A stretch of DNA of 64,000 nucleotides. Origin: Candidatus Poribacteria bacterium. GTDB taxonomy: Bacteria; Poribacteria; WGA-4E; WGA-3G. Under the pieces are notes generated by a model. It was given only the letters and a program-made list of their open reading frames with translations. It ran no database searches and was not told the origin of the DNA. Shown one piece after another: positions 49,483-60,570 of the stretch. A program made the position numbers and the translations under genes. Location: assembly GCA_965198235.1 (NCBI GenBank), contig OZ240248.1, positions 416,001 to 480,000 on the forward strand. Direction: 5' to 3'. Numbering within the stretch: the first letter of the stretch is position 1; each line of letters opens with the position of its first letter.

Positions 49483-50019
49483 ATGCGTATTCGTTCAACA
49501 ACGATCTTAGCCGTTCGCCGCGACGGTGAGGTAGCTATCGGTGGTGATGGTCAAGTCACTTTAGGAGATACGGCGATTAAACACGGTGCCCGCAAAGTAC
49601 GCAAAATTCATAACGACCAGGTATTGATCGGTTTCGCGGGTTCCGCGTCGGATGCGATCACCCTCTATGAAAATTTGGAGAAGAAGCTGGAGCAGTATCG
49701 TGGAAATCTTCAGAAATCTGCGGTGGAACTTGCGCGGGAATGGCGCAGCGATAGGGTGCTAAGACAGGTAGACGCGCTATTAATCGCCGCGGATGTCAGC
49801 GACAGTTACCTCATTTCCGGGAGCGGCGACGTAATTTCCCCGGACGACGATGTTCTGGCAATCGGTTCCGGTGGGTCTATTGCCTTGGCGGCAGCAAAGG
49901 CACTGCTTAAATACTCAGACTTGACTGCAAAAGAGATTATTTCAGAATCACTCCAACTCACGAGTGAAATCTGTATTTACACGAATGCTAAAATTGAAGT
50001 TGACACGATAGAGAGTTAA
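49483..50019 (+). CDS. hslV: ATP-dependent protease subunit HslV
   Basis: TTILAV, GDGQVT, GFAGS, IGSGG, ICIYTN. Confidence 0.96.
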   Translation: MRIRSTTILAVRRDGEVAIGGDGQVTLGDTAIKHGARKVRKIHNDQVLIGFAGSASDAITLYENLEKKLEQYRGNLQKSAVELAREWRSDRVLRQVDALLIAADVSDSYLISGSGDVISPDDDVLAIGSGGSIALAAAKALLKYSDLTAKEIISESLQLTSEICIYTNAKIEVDTIES

Positions 50020-50169
50020 CACGCTTAATGCGGTGCTATCCGAATAACATCGCATTAATTATGGATGACCATCTCATAATAGACAGTTGTAGGAAGAATA
50101 CCGGGCTTCATCCAGGCAAAAAGGTTATGAGATGGCTGGTAGGATTGCTAATTTTACGGAGGTTTACCT

Positions 50170-51660
50170 TTGGAAAAACCGAAAGCAATGCGCGAGGGGA
50201 ACACTCTGGCAGCTGCGCTCACACCGAGGCAGATCGTTGAGGAATTAGATAAGTATATTGTTGGGCAATTTGAGGCGAAACGTTGTGTCGCGATTGCCCT
50301 TCGCAACCGTGCACGGCGGCAGATGCTGGCAGAAGACATGCAGGACGAAGTGTCGCCGAAAAACATAATTATGATAGGTTCAACAGGTGTGGGAAAAACT
50401 GAAATCGCACGTAGGCTCGCGCGCCTCGTTGAAGCACCTTTCATCAAAGTAGAGGCGTCAAAGTATACCGAAATCGGTTACGTGGGTCGAGATGTTGAAT
50501 CCATGATCCGCGATCTCACTGAAACGGCTATTAGCCGCGTTAAAGCCGAGCAAACGGAGGCGGTTGAAGAAAAAGCACGGGAATCGACTGAAGAACGGCT
50601 GCTTGATTGCATTTTTCCGGTTCCACGCTCGCTCCAGAGACAGCCTCGTTTACAAGATGACGATGCGCTTGACGAGCCGGAGGAAGAGGATGATGACGGT
50701 GTCCTGCAACTCCCGTTTGACCTGGGTCCTGACATGGGAGCTGAAGCCGAAGAAGCCAGAGAGAAGGAGCGCGAACGCTATCTCAAGACCCGAGAGAAAT
50801 TCAGAGAGTGGCTAAAAGAAGGTAGACTTGAGGATAAACCGGTTGAAATCAATGTCAAGCATCAGAGCATGCCGTTTGTAGAAATCTTCTCGCCCGGTGG
50901 TATAGAGGAGATGGACATCAATTTCAAGGATATGTTCAGTAACATCCTACCGAATCAGACCAAGAAACGGAGAGTTCCAGTCTCAGAAGCGCGGACTATC
51001 TTGATGCAGGAGGAATCTGAAAAACTCATTGATATGGATGCCGTCATCAGCGAAGCGATTCTACGAGTTGAAAACTCCGGCATCGTTTTTTTGGATGAGA
51101 TTGACAAGATTGCAGGCAGGGAATCCCGGCATGGACCTGACATCTCGCGTGAAGGTGTGCAACGGGATATCCTTCCTATTATCGAAGGTAGCACGGTGAC
51201 CTCGAAATACGGAGCGGTACGTACGCATCACATCCTGTTCATCGCCGCTGGCGCGTTCCACGTCTCAAGCCCGTCTGACCTCATTCCGGAACTACAGGGT
51301 AGGTTTCCGATACGAGTAGAACTGAAAAGTCTGAATAAAGATGACTTTAAATCTATTCTGACGGAACCGAAGAACGCGTTGGTCAAACAATATGCTGCGC
51401 TGCTGAGTACTGAAGGTATTGAGGCGACTATTACCGATGATGCAATTGACGAGATCGCTGTGCTTGCCTTCCAAGTCAATGAGTCGGTTGAGGACATCGG
51501 TGCACGCCGCCTGCACACCATCATGGAAAAACTCTTTGAGAATCTCTTTTTTGACGCGCCTGACTCCGAAAAAAAGCACATCACTATTGATGCGGCGTAC
51601 GTCAGGACGGAATTGTCGAAAATTGTCAAAGACCAGGATCTGAGCAGATATATTCTCTAA
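50170..51660 (+). CDS. hslU: ATP-dependent protease ATPase subunit HslU
   Basis: [37 protein letters not shown]; start may be ATG 50188. Confidence 0.96.
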   Translation: MEKPKAMREGNTLAAALTPRQIVEELDKYIVGQFEAKRCVAIALRNRARRQMLAEDMQDEVSPKNIIMIGSTGVGKTEIARRLARLVEAPFIKVEASKYTEIGYVGRDVESMIRDLTETAISRVKAEQTEAVEEKARESTEERLLDCIFPVPRSLQRQPRLQDDDALDEPEEEDDDGVLQLPFDLGPDMGAEAEEAREKERERYLKTREKFREWLKEGRLEDKPVEINVKHQSMPFVEIFSPGGIEEMDINFKDMFSNILPNQTKKRRVPVSEARTILMQEESEKLIDMDAVISEAILRVENSGIVFLDEIDKIAGRESRHGPDISREGVQRDILPIIEGSTVTSKYGAVRTHHILFIAAGAFHVSSPSDLIPELQGRFPIRVELKSLNKDDFKSILTEPKNALVKQYAALLSTEGIEATITDDAIDEIAVLAFQVNESVEDIGARRLHTIMEKLFENLFFDAPDSEKKHITIDAAYVRTELSKIVKDQDLSRYIL

Positions 51661-51771
51661 TCAGCGCGTAGGAGGTGATGTTCCCTACTGCTCAGGAGAT
51701 GCCAGTGGCGAGAAAAGCGGAGCTTTATAAGCGATCCGCTTGTCCAGTGGACAATCGGAAGGGAACTCACC

Positions 51772-52983
51772 GTGAAACACTACCGAATTTTTATCTCTCT
51801 ATTCGTTTGTGCCCTATTTCTACCGAGCAGCGTCGCCCAAGATATAACGCAATGGCGCGTGCTTGAAGGCGACGAGGCACCTCTCGGTCCAACCGTAATA
51901 AACGCTATAGTCTTCTCCCCTGATGGCACACAACTCGCCGTTGCAGGCGTAAAGGGTATCACCGTATATGATACCTATACCGGCGAAGCACTTGCACTGC
52001 TACCTTCATTAATGGGGTACGTGACGGCGTTGGCATTCTCACCCGACAACCGCATCGTCGCAAGCGCGAATGAAGATTCTACCATCCACCTCTGGAACGC
52101 ACACACCGGCGAAAACATAACAGACTTTACAAGCCACACCGATCCGGTCGTAGCGTTAGCATTCTCCCCCGATGGTAACATGCTCGCCAGTGGAAGTTTC
52201 AAGGAGATTCGTTTGTGGGATTTAACCTCAGGGCAGATTACGCATGCTACAGTTCTTCGTGGACATCGGGATATGGTTACCACGTTAGCATTCTCACCAG
52301 ATAGCAAGACCCTTGCGAGTGCGAGCTTTTACGGCACAATTTTGTTATGGGATATAGAAACTTCTCAACTCCGACATAGCTTCTCCGCACATATCGATTC
52401 AATTCAGGCACTCGCATTCTCGCCGGATAATCAAATCTTAGCAAGCGGTGGATATTGGGATTCGGACGCTGAGAGCACAATTCATGTGTGGCATATACAC
52501 ACCGGTCAACTCATGGCGACTTTTGAGAACCACACTGTCCCGGTTTTTGTCTTAGCGTTTGCGCCGGATGTCTATGGCGTTGATGGGAGAACGCTTGCAA
52601 GTGCGGGTTGGGATAACACAATTCGTGTGTGGGATCTACATACCGGGCAATTACAGGCAATTTTTGGAGATAATACCGCACCTATCCTCGCCTTAGCGTT
52701 CCTACCGGCTGCCCATGGTTCTGATGAAAAAGCACTCGCAAGCGCAAGTCTTGATGGTACAATCCACCTGAGACCTCTGACGGCTTCTCTCGCGCGGGTT
52801 CCAAACCAACAGCGGAATGCGCGTGTGGCATTCCGTGGGGATGTCAATAACGATGGTGTCGTGAATATCTTGGATTTGACCTTTATTGCCTCGCGTTTTG
52901 GGCAGAATTCACCCGATCTTAACGGCGACGGTGTTGTCAACGTTTTAGATTTGGTACTCGTTGCACAACATATCGGGCAATAG
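51772..52983 (+). CDS. Secreted WD40-repeat protein with C-terminal dockerin
   Basis: Signal peptide; LAFSPD...LASGS..IRLWD repeats; DVNNDGVVNILDL x2. Confidence 0.9.
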   Translation: MKHYRIFISLFVCALFLPSSVAQDITQWRVLEGDEAPLGPTVINAIVFSPDGTQLAVAGVKGITVYDTYTGEALALLPSLMGYVTALAFSPDNRIVASANEDSTIHLWNAHTGENITDFTSHTDPVVALAFSPDGNMLASGSFKEIRLWDLTSGQITHATVLRGHRDMVTTLAFSPDSKTLASASFYGTILLWDIETSQLRHSFSAHIDSIQALAFSPDNQILASGGYWDSDAESTIHVWHIHTGQLMATFENHTVPVFVLAFAPDVYGVDGRTLASAGWDNTIRVWDLHTGQLQAIFGDNTAPILALAFLPAAHGSDEKALASASLDGTIHLRPLTASLARVPNQQRNARVAFRGDVNNDGVVNILDLTFIASRFGQNSPDLNGDGVVNVLDLVLVAQHIGQ

Positions 52984-52993
52984 GAGTTGAATT

Positions 52994-55267
52994 ATGAAGA
53001 CTACACAATTCCGCTTCCATGTGGGTACGCTTTCCGTGCGTGTACATCTGCGCAGCACTATTCAGACCTATTTTCTCAGTTCGGTTCTCTTGTTAACTGC
53101 CATCCTCTTTCCGCCCAACGTTCATGCGCAAGATTACACCCAATTACAATTACCTGAAGGTGCGAAAGCTCGTATTGGGAAAGGGACTATAAACGATATA
53201 AGGTTTTCACCTGATGAAAGCCTTGTTGCCGTTGCTGGCTCTATCGGTGTTTGGCTCTATAATGCGCACACCGGTGCCGAGGTTGACCTGCTCACGGGGC
53301 ATACGCAGTCGGTTTTGAGCGTGGCGTTCTCGCCGGATAGCAAAACCCTCGCCAGTGGCAGTTGGGACACCACGATCCGTTTGTGGGATGTCCAAACTGG
53401 GCAACATAAAGTTTCCCTTACGCAGCATACGTATGGTATTTGGGCAGTGGCGTTCTCATCGGATGGAAAAACTCTTGCCAGTAGCAGCTATGGATCCGTT
53501 CGTCTGTGGGATATAGAAACCGGGCAGCACAAAGCACTCCTGAAGACACAGACGGGTAGAGCGAAAGCTCTCGCGTTCTCGCCCGATAGCAGAATCCTCG
53601 CGAATGGGGGGCAAGCTGTACCGCTTACAAGTAACAATTATCTGATTCAGTTGTGGGATCCCGATACTGCCCAACACCTTGCGACGCTTGAGGGACACAC
53701 GTCTGAGATTGAGGCGGTAGCGTTTTCATCGGATGGAAAAACACTCGTGAGTGCAAGCTGGGACCGCACAATTCGTTTGTGGGATGTAAGCACTAAAAGC
53801 CAGCTATCAACTTTCATAGGGAGTTCGGATTGGCTCACAGCGGTTGCATTTTCTCCCGATGGCGAAACGCTTGTCAGTGGCAGTCGACGCGGTGAAGTCC
53901 GTTTATGGGGCGCGAGCACTGGGCAACATATCAGAACACTGCGTGCACATACGCAAGAAGTTGCTGATATTGTGTTTTCTCTGGATGGCACAACCTTTAC
54001 CAGTGCAAGTCGTGACGGGACAATTCAGTTGTGGAATGCAAGTGGCGGTCCCCTCCAAGAAGCTACACTAAAAGGGCATACGGATGGGATTACTGCGATG
54101 GCACTCTCTCCGAACGGTCAGACTCTTGCAAGTGGAACTTACGGTCGCAGACTTGCCAATGGAAGTTGGGAAGCCCCGATTCGGTTGTGGAATACAGAGG
54201 CACAACGACCGGAAACAGTGTTAAAAGGGCATACAAAGCAGATTAATGCGTTAGCATTCTCCCCAAATGGAAAAATTTTTGCCAGCGCGAGTAACGACAA
54301 AACAATTCGGTTGTGGGACGTAAATACTGAGCAATCACCATTCGTTATTGATTTCCAACCACAGGCGATTCTTACAGAGCATACTGACGGAGTCCTCGCG
54401 TTGGCATTTTCTCCAGATGGCGGAACCCTCGCCAGCGGCGGTGGAACAGATCCGATTCGGTTATGGGATGCCCACACTGGTCAACAACAAGCAATCCTTG
54501 AAGGTGCCTCAGAAGCCATCTATTCTATGGCGTTTTCACCAGATGGCAGCACCCTTGCCAGTGGTAGTTGGGACGGCGTGATTCGGTTATGGAACGCAGA
54601 GACTGGGGAACTGAAGACCATGCTTAGAGAGATTTCTCGTTCAGGACATCGGGTTAGAACTGTCACTTTCTCACCAAATGGGGAAATCCTCGCCAGTTGT
54701 TCGGACTATTATGGGATTCAATTGTGGGATGCAAATACGGGTATCCGTCTTTTCACGTTCAGTGGTGGGCATACGGATGATGTCTATTCCCTCGCGTTCT
54801 CACCCGACGGTAAAACGCTTGCGAGTGGTGGTAATGACAGGACAATTATTTTCTGGGATGTCGCTACGGGTGGCTACCTGAGTGCCCTTGAAGGACATAC
54901 ACACGGCATCGCTGCCTTAGCGTTTACACCAGATGGTGGGACGCTTGCCAGCGGAAGTTGGGATGGCACGGTTCTTCTATGGGATATCCTATCTGCCGAA
55001 CGTGATCCGTCGTTAATGCCGGTTTCACAAACGCCGTGGGATGTCAACGGCGATGGAGTTGTCAGCGTCCAGGACTTGGCACTCGTTGCCTCTGGTTTCG
55101 GGCAGAATGCTCCCGATGTCAACGGCGATGGAGTCGTGAATATCTTGGATTTGACGCTGGTTGCCTCTCATTTGGATCCAAAGCCTGCTGATGTCAATAG
55201 TGATGGAGTCGTGAATATCTTGGATTTGACGAGCGTGGCGAGCTACCTCGACGAAGAGCAGGAGTAG
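52994..55267 (+). CDS. Secreted WD40-repeat protein with dockerin repeats
   Basis: About 14 WD40 repeats; three DVNxDGVV repeats. Confidence 0.9.
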   Translation: MKTTQFRFHVGTLSVRVHLRSTIQTYFLSSVLLLTAILFPPNVHAQDYTQLQLPEGAKARIGKGTINDIRFSPDESLVAVAGSIGVWLYNAHTGAEVDLLTGHTQSVLSVAFSPDSKTLASGSWDTTIRLWDVQTGQHKVSLTQHTYGIWAVAFSSDGKTLASSSYGSVRLWDIETGQHKALLKTQTGRAKALAFSPDSRILANGGQAVPLTSNNYLIQLWDPDTAQHLATLEGHTSEIEAVAFSSDGKTLVSASWDRTIRLWDVSTKSQLSTFIGSSDWLTAVAFSPDGETLVSGSRRGEVRLWGASTGQHIRTLRAHTQEVADIVFSLDGTTFTSASRDGTIQLWNASGGPLQEATLKGHTDGITAMALSPNGQTLASGTYGRRLANGSWEAPIRLWNTEAQRPETVLKGHTKQINALAFSPNGKIFASASNDKTIRLWDVNTEQSPFVIDFQPQAILTEHTDGVLALAFSPDGGTLASGGGTDPIRLWDAHTGQQQAILEGASEAIYSMAFSPDGSTLASGSWDGVIRLWNAETGELKTMLREISRSGHRVRTVTFSPNGEILASCSDYYGIQLWDANTGIRLFTFSGGHTDDVYSLAFSPDGKTLASGGNDRTIIFWDVATGGYLSALEGHTHGIAALAFTPDGGTLASGSWDGTVLLWDILSAERDPSLMPVSQTPWDVNGDGVVSVQDLALVASGFGQNAPDVNGDGVVNILDLTLVASHLDPKPADVNSDGVVNILDLTSVASYLDEEQE

Positions 55268-55270
55268 AAA

Positions 55271-57436
55271 ATGCCAAAACCGCAATTTCTCTTTTTTCTT
55301 CTCTTTCCGTTGTTTGCTTTTGTTCTGTTTCTACACGAAGGTTTCACCGAAGATTCGGCGCGGTGGCGTTTACCCGAAGGTGCGAGTGCGCGGCTTAGTA
55401 AAGGCAGCCCTGCTGATGTCCAGTTCTCACCGGATGGGACCCAAATCGCAGTGGCGAGTTCCATAGGTATCTGGCTTTATGATGCACAGACATACCAAGA
55501 GATTGATCTGCTCACGGATCGAACGCGTGGCACTCGGTCATGTGCGTATTCGCCCGATGGGACGGTCCTTGCCGGTGGTGGGACAGATGGGACGCTTCTC
55601 CTGTGGGATGTCCCTACCAGGCAGCTACGGACGACACTCAAAGGACATGAGCGACCGATCGTAACGCTCGCGTTTTCTCCTGATGGTAGCATGCTTGCGA
55701 GTGGCGCGGATTATGAAGATATCGTTCAGTTGTGGGATGCCACGACTGCCCAACATCATGCGACTTTTACGGGACACACGGAAGGCCTCAGAGCTGTGAA
55801 GTTTTCACCGGATGGTAGAACGCTTGCGAGTGGCAGTCGGGATGGCACGGTTCGGTTATGGGATGTCAATACTGGCGAACACGATATTATTTTTAGGAGA
55901 GCTCGAGTATGGGCTTTGGCATTCTCACCAGATGGTGCAACCCTCGTCAGTGGGGACAGTGCCAATACAATTCGCTTGTGGGATATGGACACGAACCAAC
56001 ATCGCGAGCGTCTGACTGGGCATACACGTCTTGTTTCTGCCGTTGCGTTCTCACCCGACGGCACACTCCTTGCCAGTGGGGGTGGAAACGGCACAATGCG
56101 CTTATGGGATGCAGACACCGGAGAACAACAGGGAACGCTCACAGCACATAGATGGCACATTTATTCCCTTGCGTTCTCGCCGGATGGTAGAACACTTGCC
56201 AGTGTAGGTGATGATATGGTTCGCTTGTGGAATATTGATGCCCAGGGGATCCCAACTGCTATTGATTCAGAACCGAAGGCTACCTTCCATGTCCACCCGA
56301 AGTTTGTTTCTGCCCTTGCGTTCTCACCAGATGGCAACACGCTTGTCAGCGGAAGCGGGGACGGCGTTCTTCGCCTATGGAATGTAGAAACAGCGCAACA
56401 GCAGGAATCCTTCCTCACAGGAGGTAGGGATTGGATTAGGGCAGCGGCGTTCTTATTGGATGGCATAATTTTTATCAGTAGAGGTGATGACGACACGGTT
56501 CGTCTCTGGCATGCAACTGGTGGAGCACAGGTGCTCCTCACTTTGCAAGATTCCTTCAGCACAGCCATGATGTTCTCTCCAGATGGTAGAACCCTTGCAC
56601 GCACGAATAGAAACGATGCTATTCTCTTATGGGATTTAGCAACTGGAGAACGTCGCGCCACCCTTGAAGGACATATACACTGGATTTTTGAATTGGCGTT
56701 TTCACCGGATGGCAAGACATTAGCAAGTGGCGGTGGAGACAGGGCGATTCTCTTGTGGGATGTAGATTCAGGGCAACACCGCGCGACGCTTGACAAACAG
56801 GAATCGGCTGGCGGACGTAGGGATGACGTCTTTGGGTTGGCATTCTCGCCGGATAGTAAAATCTTGGCAAGCAGTGGGGCTTACGGACCGATTCAGTTAT
56901 GGGATGTGAATACCCTACAGCGACTTTCGACGCTCAGAGGGCATACAGGCGAGGTGGGTGCCTTGGCATTTTCGCCGGATGGTGGGACACTTGCGAGTGG
57001 GAGTTGGGATGGCACAATTCTTTTATGGAATGCAGCCACTTTCCGGACGCACGATCCTCAAGAATCACCGACTGCTATTCTGAAAGGGCATACAACAGAG
57101 GTCACACAGTTAACGTTCTCACCCGATAGCGAGACGCTTGCGAGCGGGAGTTGGGACGGCACAATTCTCCTGTGGGAGCTTGCATCGCCACCATCACAGG
57201 TTCCGTGGGATGCCAACGGCGATGGTGTCGTCAATGCCTTAGATTTAACGTTCATCGCTGAGCACTTTGAGGAGAATAAGCGAGTGTCTGCTGATGTAAA
57301 CGCCGACGGTGTCGTAAATATCTTGGATCTGACCTTTATTGCCTCACGTTTTGGACAGAATTCACCAGATCTCAACGGTGACGGGGTCGTCAACATTTTG
57401 GATTTGACGATCGTTGCACAGCGTATTGGAGAGTAA
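55271..57436 (+). CDS. Secreted WD40-repeat protein with dockerin repeats
   Basis: LPEGA.ARL.KG N-terminal motif, WD40 repeats, three DxNxDGVVN repeats. Confidence 0.9.
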   Translation: MPKPQFLFFLLFPLFAFVLFLHEGFTEDSARWRLPEGASARLSKGSPADVQFSPDGTQIAVASSIGIWLYDAQTYQEIDLLTDRTRGTRSCAYSPDGTVLAGGGTDGTLLLWDVPTRQLRTTLKGHERPIVTLAFSPDGSMLASGADYEDIVQLWDATTAQHHATFTGHTEGLRAVKFSPDGRTLASGSRDGTVRLWDVNTGEHDIIFRRARVWALAFSPDGATLVSGDSANTIRLWDMDTNQHRERLTGHTRLVSAVAFSPDGTLLASGGGNGTMRLWDADTGEQQGTLTAHRWHIYSLAFSPDGRTLASVGDDMVRLWNIDAQGIPTAIDSEPKATFHVHPKFVSALAFSPDGNTLVSGSGDGVLRLWNVETAQQQESFLTGGRDWIRAAAFLLDGIIFISRGDDDTVRLWHATGGAQVLLTLQDSFSTAMMFSPDGRTLARTNRNDAILLWDLATGERRATLEGHIHWIFELAFSPDGKTLASGGGDRAILLWDVDSGQHRATLDKQESAGGRRDDVFGLAFSPDSKILASSGAYGPIQLWDVNTLQRLSTLRGHTGEVGALAFSPDGGTLASGSWDGTILLWNAATFRTHDPQESPTAILKGHTTEVTQLTFSPDSETLASGSWDGTILLWELASPPSQVPWDANGDGVVNALDLTFIAEHFEENKRVSADVNADGVVNILDLTFIASRFGQNSPDLNGDGVVNILDLTIVAQRIGE

Positions 57437-57576
57437 GAGGTCTATGGTTACTGATACGTTGTCGCCCGGTGTGCAGTAGCGAGGTTAGGAAACCTCGCCA
57501 GCGAGTGCTGTGTCGGTCCGGTGAACACCCACCCACATATTATAAAGTCCTTACGTATGAAGGTGTGTATCGAAGT

Positions 57577-57605
57577 TTGACACGATCCCTGCTTTGTGGT
57601 AAAAT
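57577..57605 (+). promoter_or_regulatory. Sigma-70 promoter of the long sppA
   Basis: TTGACA-17 bp-TAAAAT with extended TG. Confidence 0.7.
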
Positions 57606-57644
57606 AGCAATGTTAGTTTGGACACCAAAAAGAAGGAGAAATTG

Positions 57645-59465
57645 ATGAGATTCTTACAAAAATGCGTGTTTCTATTGGCGTTGCTTATCTTCGTTTCCTC
57701 AGTATTTGCTGAGGAACACGCGACGGAAGAAACCGTTCCACCCATTAAAAAATACGTTGAGTTTACATTGGACGGTACCTACACCGATACCAAAACGGTC
57801 AGCACCTTTGGGACCTCCTCAACAAAGACGCTACGAGGGCTCTTTAAAAAATTAGATACACTCAAAACAGATGATGAAATTGCCGGGATTATCTTCAAAA
57901 TAGATAGCGTCAGCGTGGGGTGGGCGACGCTCCAAGAAATTCGCAATAAACTTCATGAATTCCGAGAAACCGAAAAAGAGACAATCGGGTATTTGGAAAG
58001 CGGTGGTAATGCCGAATATCTCCTCGCCGCTGCGATGGAGCGCATTGTCCTGATGCCTACTGGAAGCCTCAATTTAACGGGGTTACGCGCCGAAGTCATC
58101 TTCTATAAAGGGTTGCTGGACAAGTTGGACATCCAAGCCGATATGTTGGCAATGGGAAAATACAAGTCCGGTGTTGAACCCTACATGCGGGACGGTATGT
58201 CGGAGGCATTTCGTGAGTCGATGACTGCGATACTGGACGATTTATACGCCCAATTGTTGGAGGATATCGCTGAGAGCCGAGACGGTATCACCACAGAACG
58301 CGTGTCGGATTTGGTAGATCGCGGACCGTTCACAGCGGAAGAGGCGCAGCAGGAGCAGTTGGTTGATGCGCTGCAATACTACGACGAACTCCTTGATGCC
58401 CTAAAAACAGCGTCTCCAGACGAAGAGGTTCAAGTCGTCAAGCCGGATTACGAGCGCAAGCGAAAAGTGCCGGATATGAATAGTTTCGCCGGGCTTATGC
58501 AGCTGCTGAGTATGTTAAATCCACCGCAGCGCTCTCGGACTGCCACGGCAGAGAATCAGATTGCACTTATCTATGCGAATGGACCCATTTTACCGGATAT
58601 TGATTCGTTATTCCCTTCAACGTCAGTGATTATGCCGAGCGAGTTGAAGAAGGCATTTGAGAAAGCACGCACCGACGATACCATTCAGGCAGTTGTGTTA
58701 CGTGTAAATAGTCCGGGTGGTTCTGCGCTCGCTTCTGACCTAATGTGGCGGGAAGTGATGCTCACGCAACGCGAAAAGCCGGTTGTTGTTTCTATGGGAG
58801 ATGTCGCTGCGTCGGGTGGCTACTATATTGCAATGGCGGCAGGGACAATCGTCGCACACCCAAGTACGCTGACAGGTTCAATCGGTGTGTTCGGTGGTAA
58901 GCTGAACCTGAAGGGGCTTTATAACAAAATCGGTTTGACGAAGGAGATTATTGCACACGGGCAGAACGCGACTCTCTATTCGGACTACGGCGGTTTTACA
59001 CCGACCGAGCGGGAACGCGTCGAAAAGATAATGAAGACGGTCTATAAGGATTTTGTCAGTAAGGCGGCAGCAGGCAGAAGCAAATCATTTGACGAAATTG
59101 ATGAGATCGCGCAAGGGCGTGTCTGGACAGGCACGCAGGCGAAAGCACTCGGACTCGTTGATGAGCTCGGAGGGCTTGATACTGCGCTGTCTATCGCTAA
59201 AGAGCAGGCAGGTTTTGCCGATGATGACAAAGTTAACCTTATTGTGTTACCAGAGCAGAAACCTTTTTTTGAGCAACTCATGGAACGGATGATCGAAGAC
59301 ATGGAGGGTTCGATTCGGATACCGCTCGAATTGACGGCGAGTCACTCTGTGCTATCTATGTTCGGCAATCGGTGGCAGCATATCGTTACATGGTTGAGCC
59401 TGTTTGGTTTTAAAGATGGGACACAAGTGGTAACAATTTTACCTTATGATGTTTTAATCTATTAA
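57645..59465 (+). CDS. sppA: Signal peptide peptidase SppA (67K two-domain form)
   Basis: GKYKSGVEP, RVNSPGGSALASD, AASGGYY, QGRVWTG; SD AAGGAG. Confidence 0.92.
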   Translation: MRFLQKCVFLLALLIFVSSVFAEEHATEETVPPIKKYVEFTLDGTYTDTKTVSTFGTSSTKTLRGLFKKLDTLKTDDEIAGIIFKIDSVSVGWATLQEIRNKLHEFRETEKETIGYLESGGNAEYLLAAAMERIVLMPTGSLNLTGLRAEVIFYKGLLDKLDIQADMLAMGKYKSGVEPYMRDGMSEAFRESMTAILDDLYAQLLEDIAESRDGITTERVSDLVDRGPFTAEEAQQEQLVDALQYYDELLDALKTASPDEEVQVVKPDYERKRKVPDMNSFAGLMQLLSMLNPPQRSRTATAENQIALIYANGPILPDIDSLFPSTSVIMPSELKKAFEKARTDDTIQAVVLRVNSPGGSALASDLMWREVMLTQREKPVVVSMGDVAASGGYYIAMAAGTIVAHPSTLTGSIGVFGGKLNLKGLYNKIGLTKEIIAHGQNATLYSDYGGFTPTERERVEKIMKTVYKDFVSKAAAGRSKSFDEIDEIAQGRVWTGTQAKALGLVDELGGLDTALSIAKEQAGFADDDKVNLIVLPEQKPFFEQLMERMIEDMEGSIRIPLELTASHSVLSMFGNRWQHIVTWLSLFGFKDGTQVVTILPYDVLIY

Positions 59466-59627
59466 GGTTGCACCGTTTCGTTTTTCCTTTCTCGTAATGG
59501 ATGCGGTCCCTGTCTAAAATCGAACGCTTGTTATGCAGCAGTCCGTTTTTAATTCAAGGAACTTTCAATTAATAGACCTTCCATTTTTTGACAACGGAAA
59601 AAATGAGTGAGGATAATCGTTAAAAAA

Positions 59628-60449
59628 ATGAAATCCAACAATGAACTTTCGGCGCAGCTTGCAAGCCGAAACTTGCTTGACAAAAGTCACGTTGATTTAA
59701 CTGACGAACAGATCGCCTTTTTTCAAGCAAACGGATATTTAAGTATTCCACGCATCACGACAGATGAAGAGGTAGAATGGCTTAAAGGCATTTACGATGA
59801 ACTCTTTACGGGACGGACTGGGGAAGCGGAGGGACGCTACTTCGATCTTGCGGGTCCACGCGCGCATAAGGGACGAGAGACGTTGCCGCAGGTGTTAGGT
59901 CCAGAGGCGCAATTCCCGGAACTCCGTGAGACTGTCTATTTCCGAAATGCACAGCGGCTCGCCGCGAAATTGCTCCGTGTAGCAACCGACAAGGTGAGCG
60001 GTGGTGGACACATGATTTTGAAGCCTGCGCACTACGGCAATGAAACACCTTGGCATCAAGATGAGGCGTACTGGAATCCAGAGGTTCTACCTCACAGTTT
60101 GAGTGTTTGGCTTCCGCTTGATAAGGCGACAATTGAGAGTGGCTGCCTTCAATTTATCCCGAAATCACACAAAGGAGAAGTGCGTTGGCATCGCCACATT
60201 GATAACGATCCGCTCGTACACGGGTTGGTAACAGATGATGTTGACGTATCAGAGGCGGTTGCATGCCCAATACCAGCAGGTGGTGCGACTTTCCATCACT
60301 GTCGGACACTGCACTATTCTGCGCCGAACAGTACACCGGAAGCACGCAGAGCGTATATTCTCGTTTTTGGCGGTCCGCCCAAGAAACTGGATAAACCGGC
60401 ACATCGTCCGTGGCAAACAGAGGAACAGGAAGCACTCGCGAATTTTTAA
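59628..60449 (+). CDS. Phytanoyl-CoA dioxygenase (PhyH) family protein
   Basis: FFQANGYL, TPWHQD, GCLQFIP.SH, H..TLHYS.PN...RR. Confidence 0.9.
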   Translation: MKSNNELSAQLASRNLLDKSHVDLTDEQIAFFQANGYLSIPRITTDEEVEWLKGIYDELFTGRTGEAEGRYFDLAGPRAHKGRETLPQVLGPEAQFPELRETVYFRNAQRLAAKLLRVATDKVSGGGHMILKPAHYGNETPWHQDEAYWNPEVLPHSLSVWLPLDKATIESGCLQFIPKSHKGEVRWHRHIDNDPLVHGLVTDDVDVSEAVACPIPAGGATFHHCRTLHYSAPNSTPEARRAYILVFGGPPKKLDKPAHRPWQTEEQEALANF

Positions 60450-60570
60450 TTTATGGGCCTTGGACTGCGCTCCACTCCGTTACGCGCAGGTTTTTGGTTA
60501 GGTCGCGACTGGATTTGAGAATGCGTACGATAGTAAGAGGATCCTCGTTGTTAAGATAGCCTCAAAGCCC

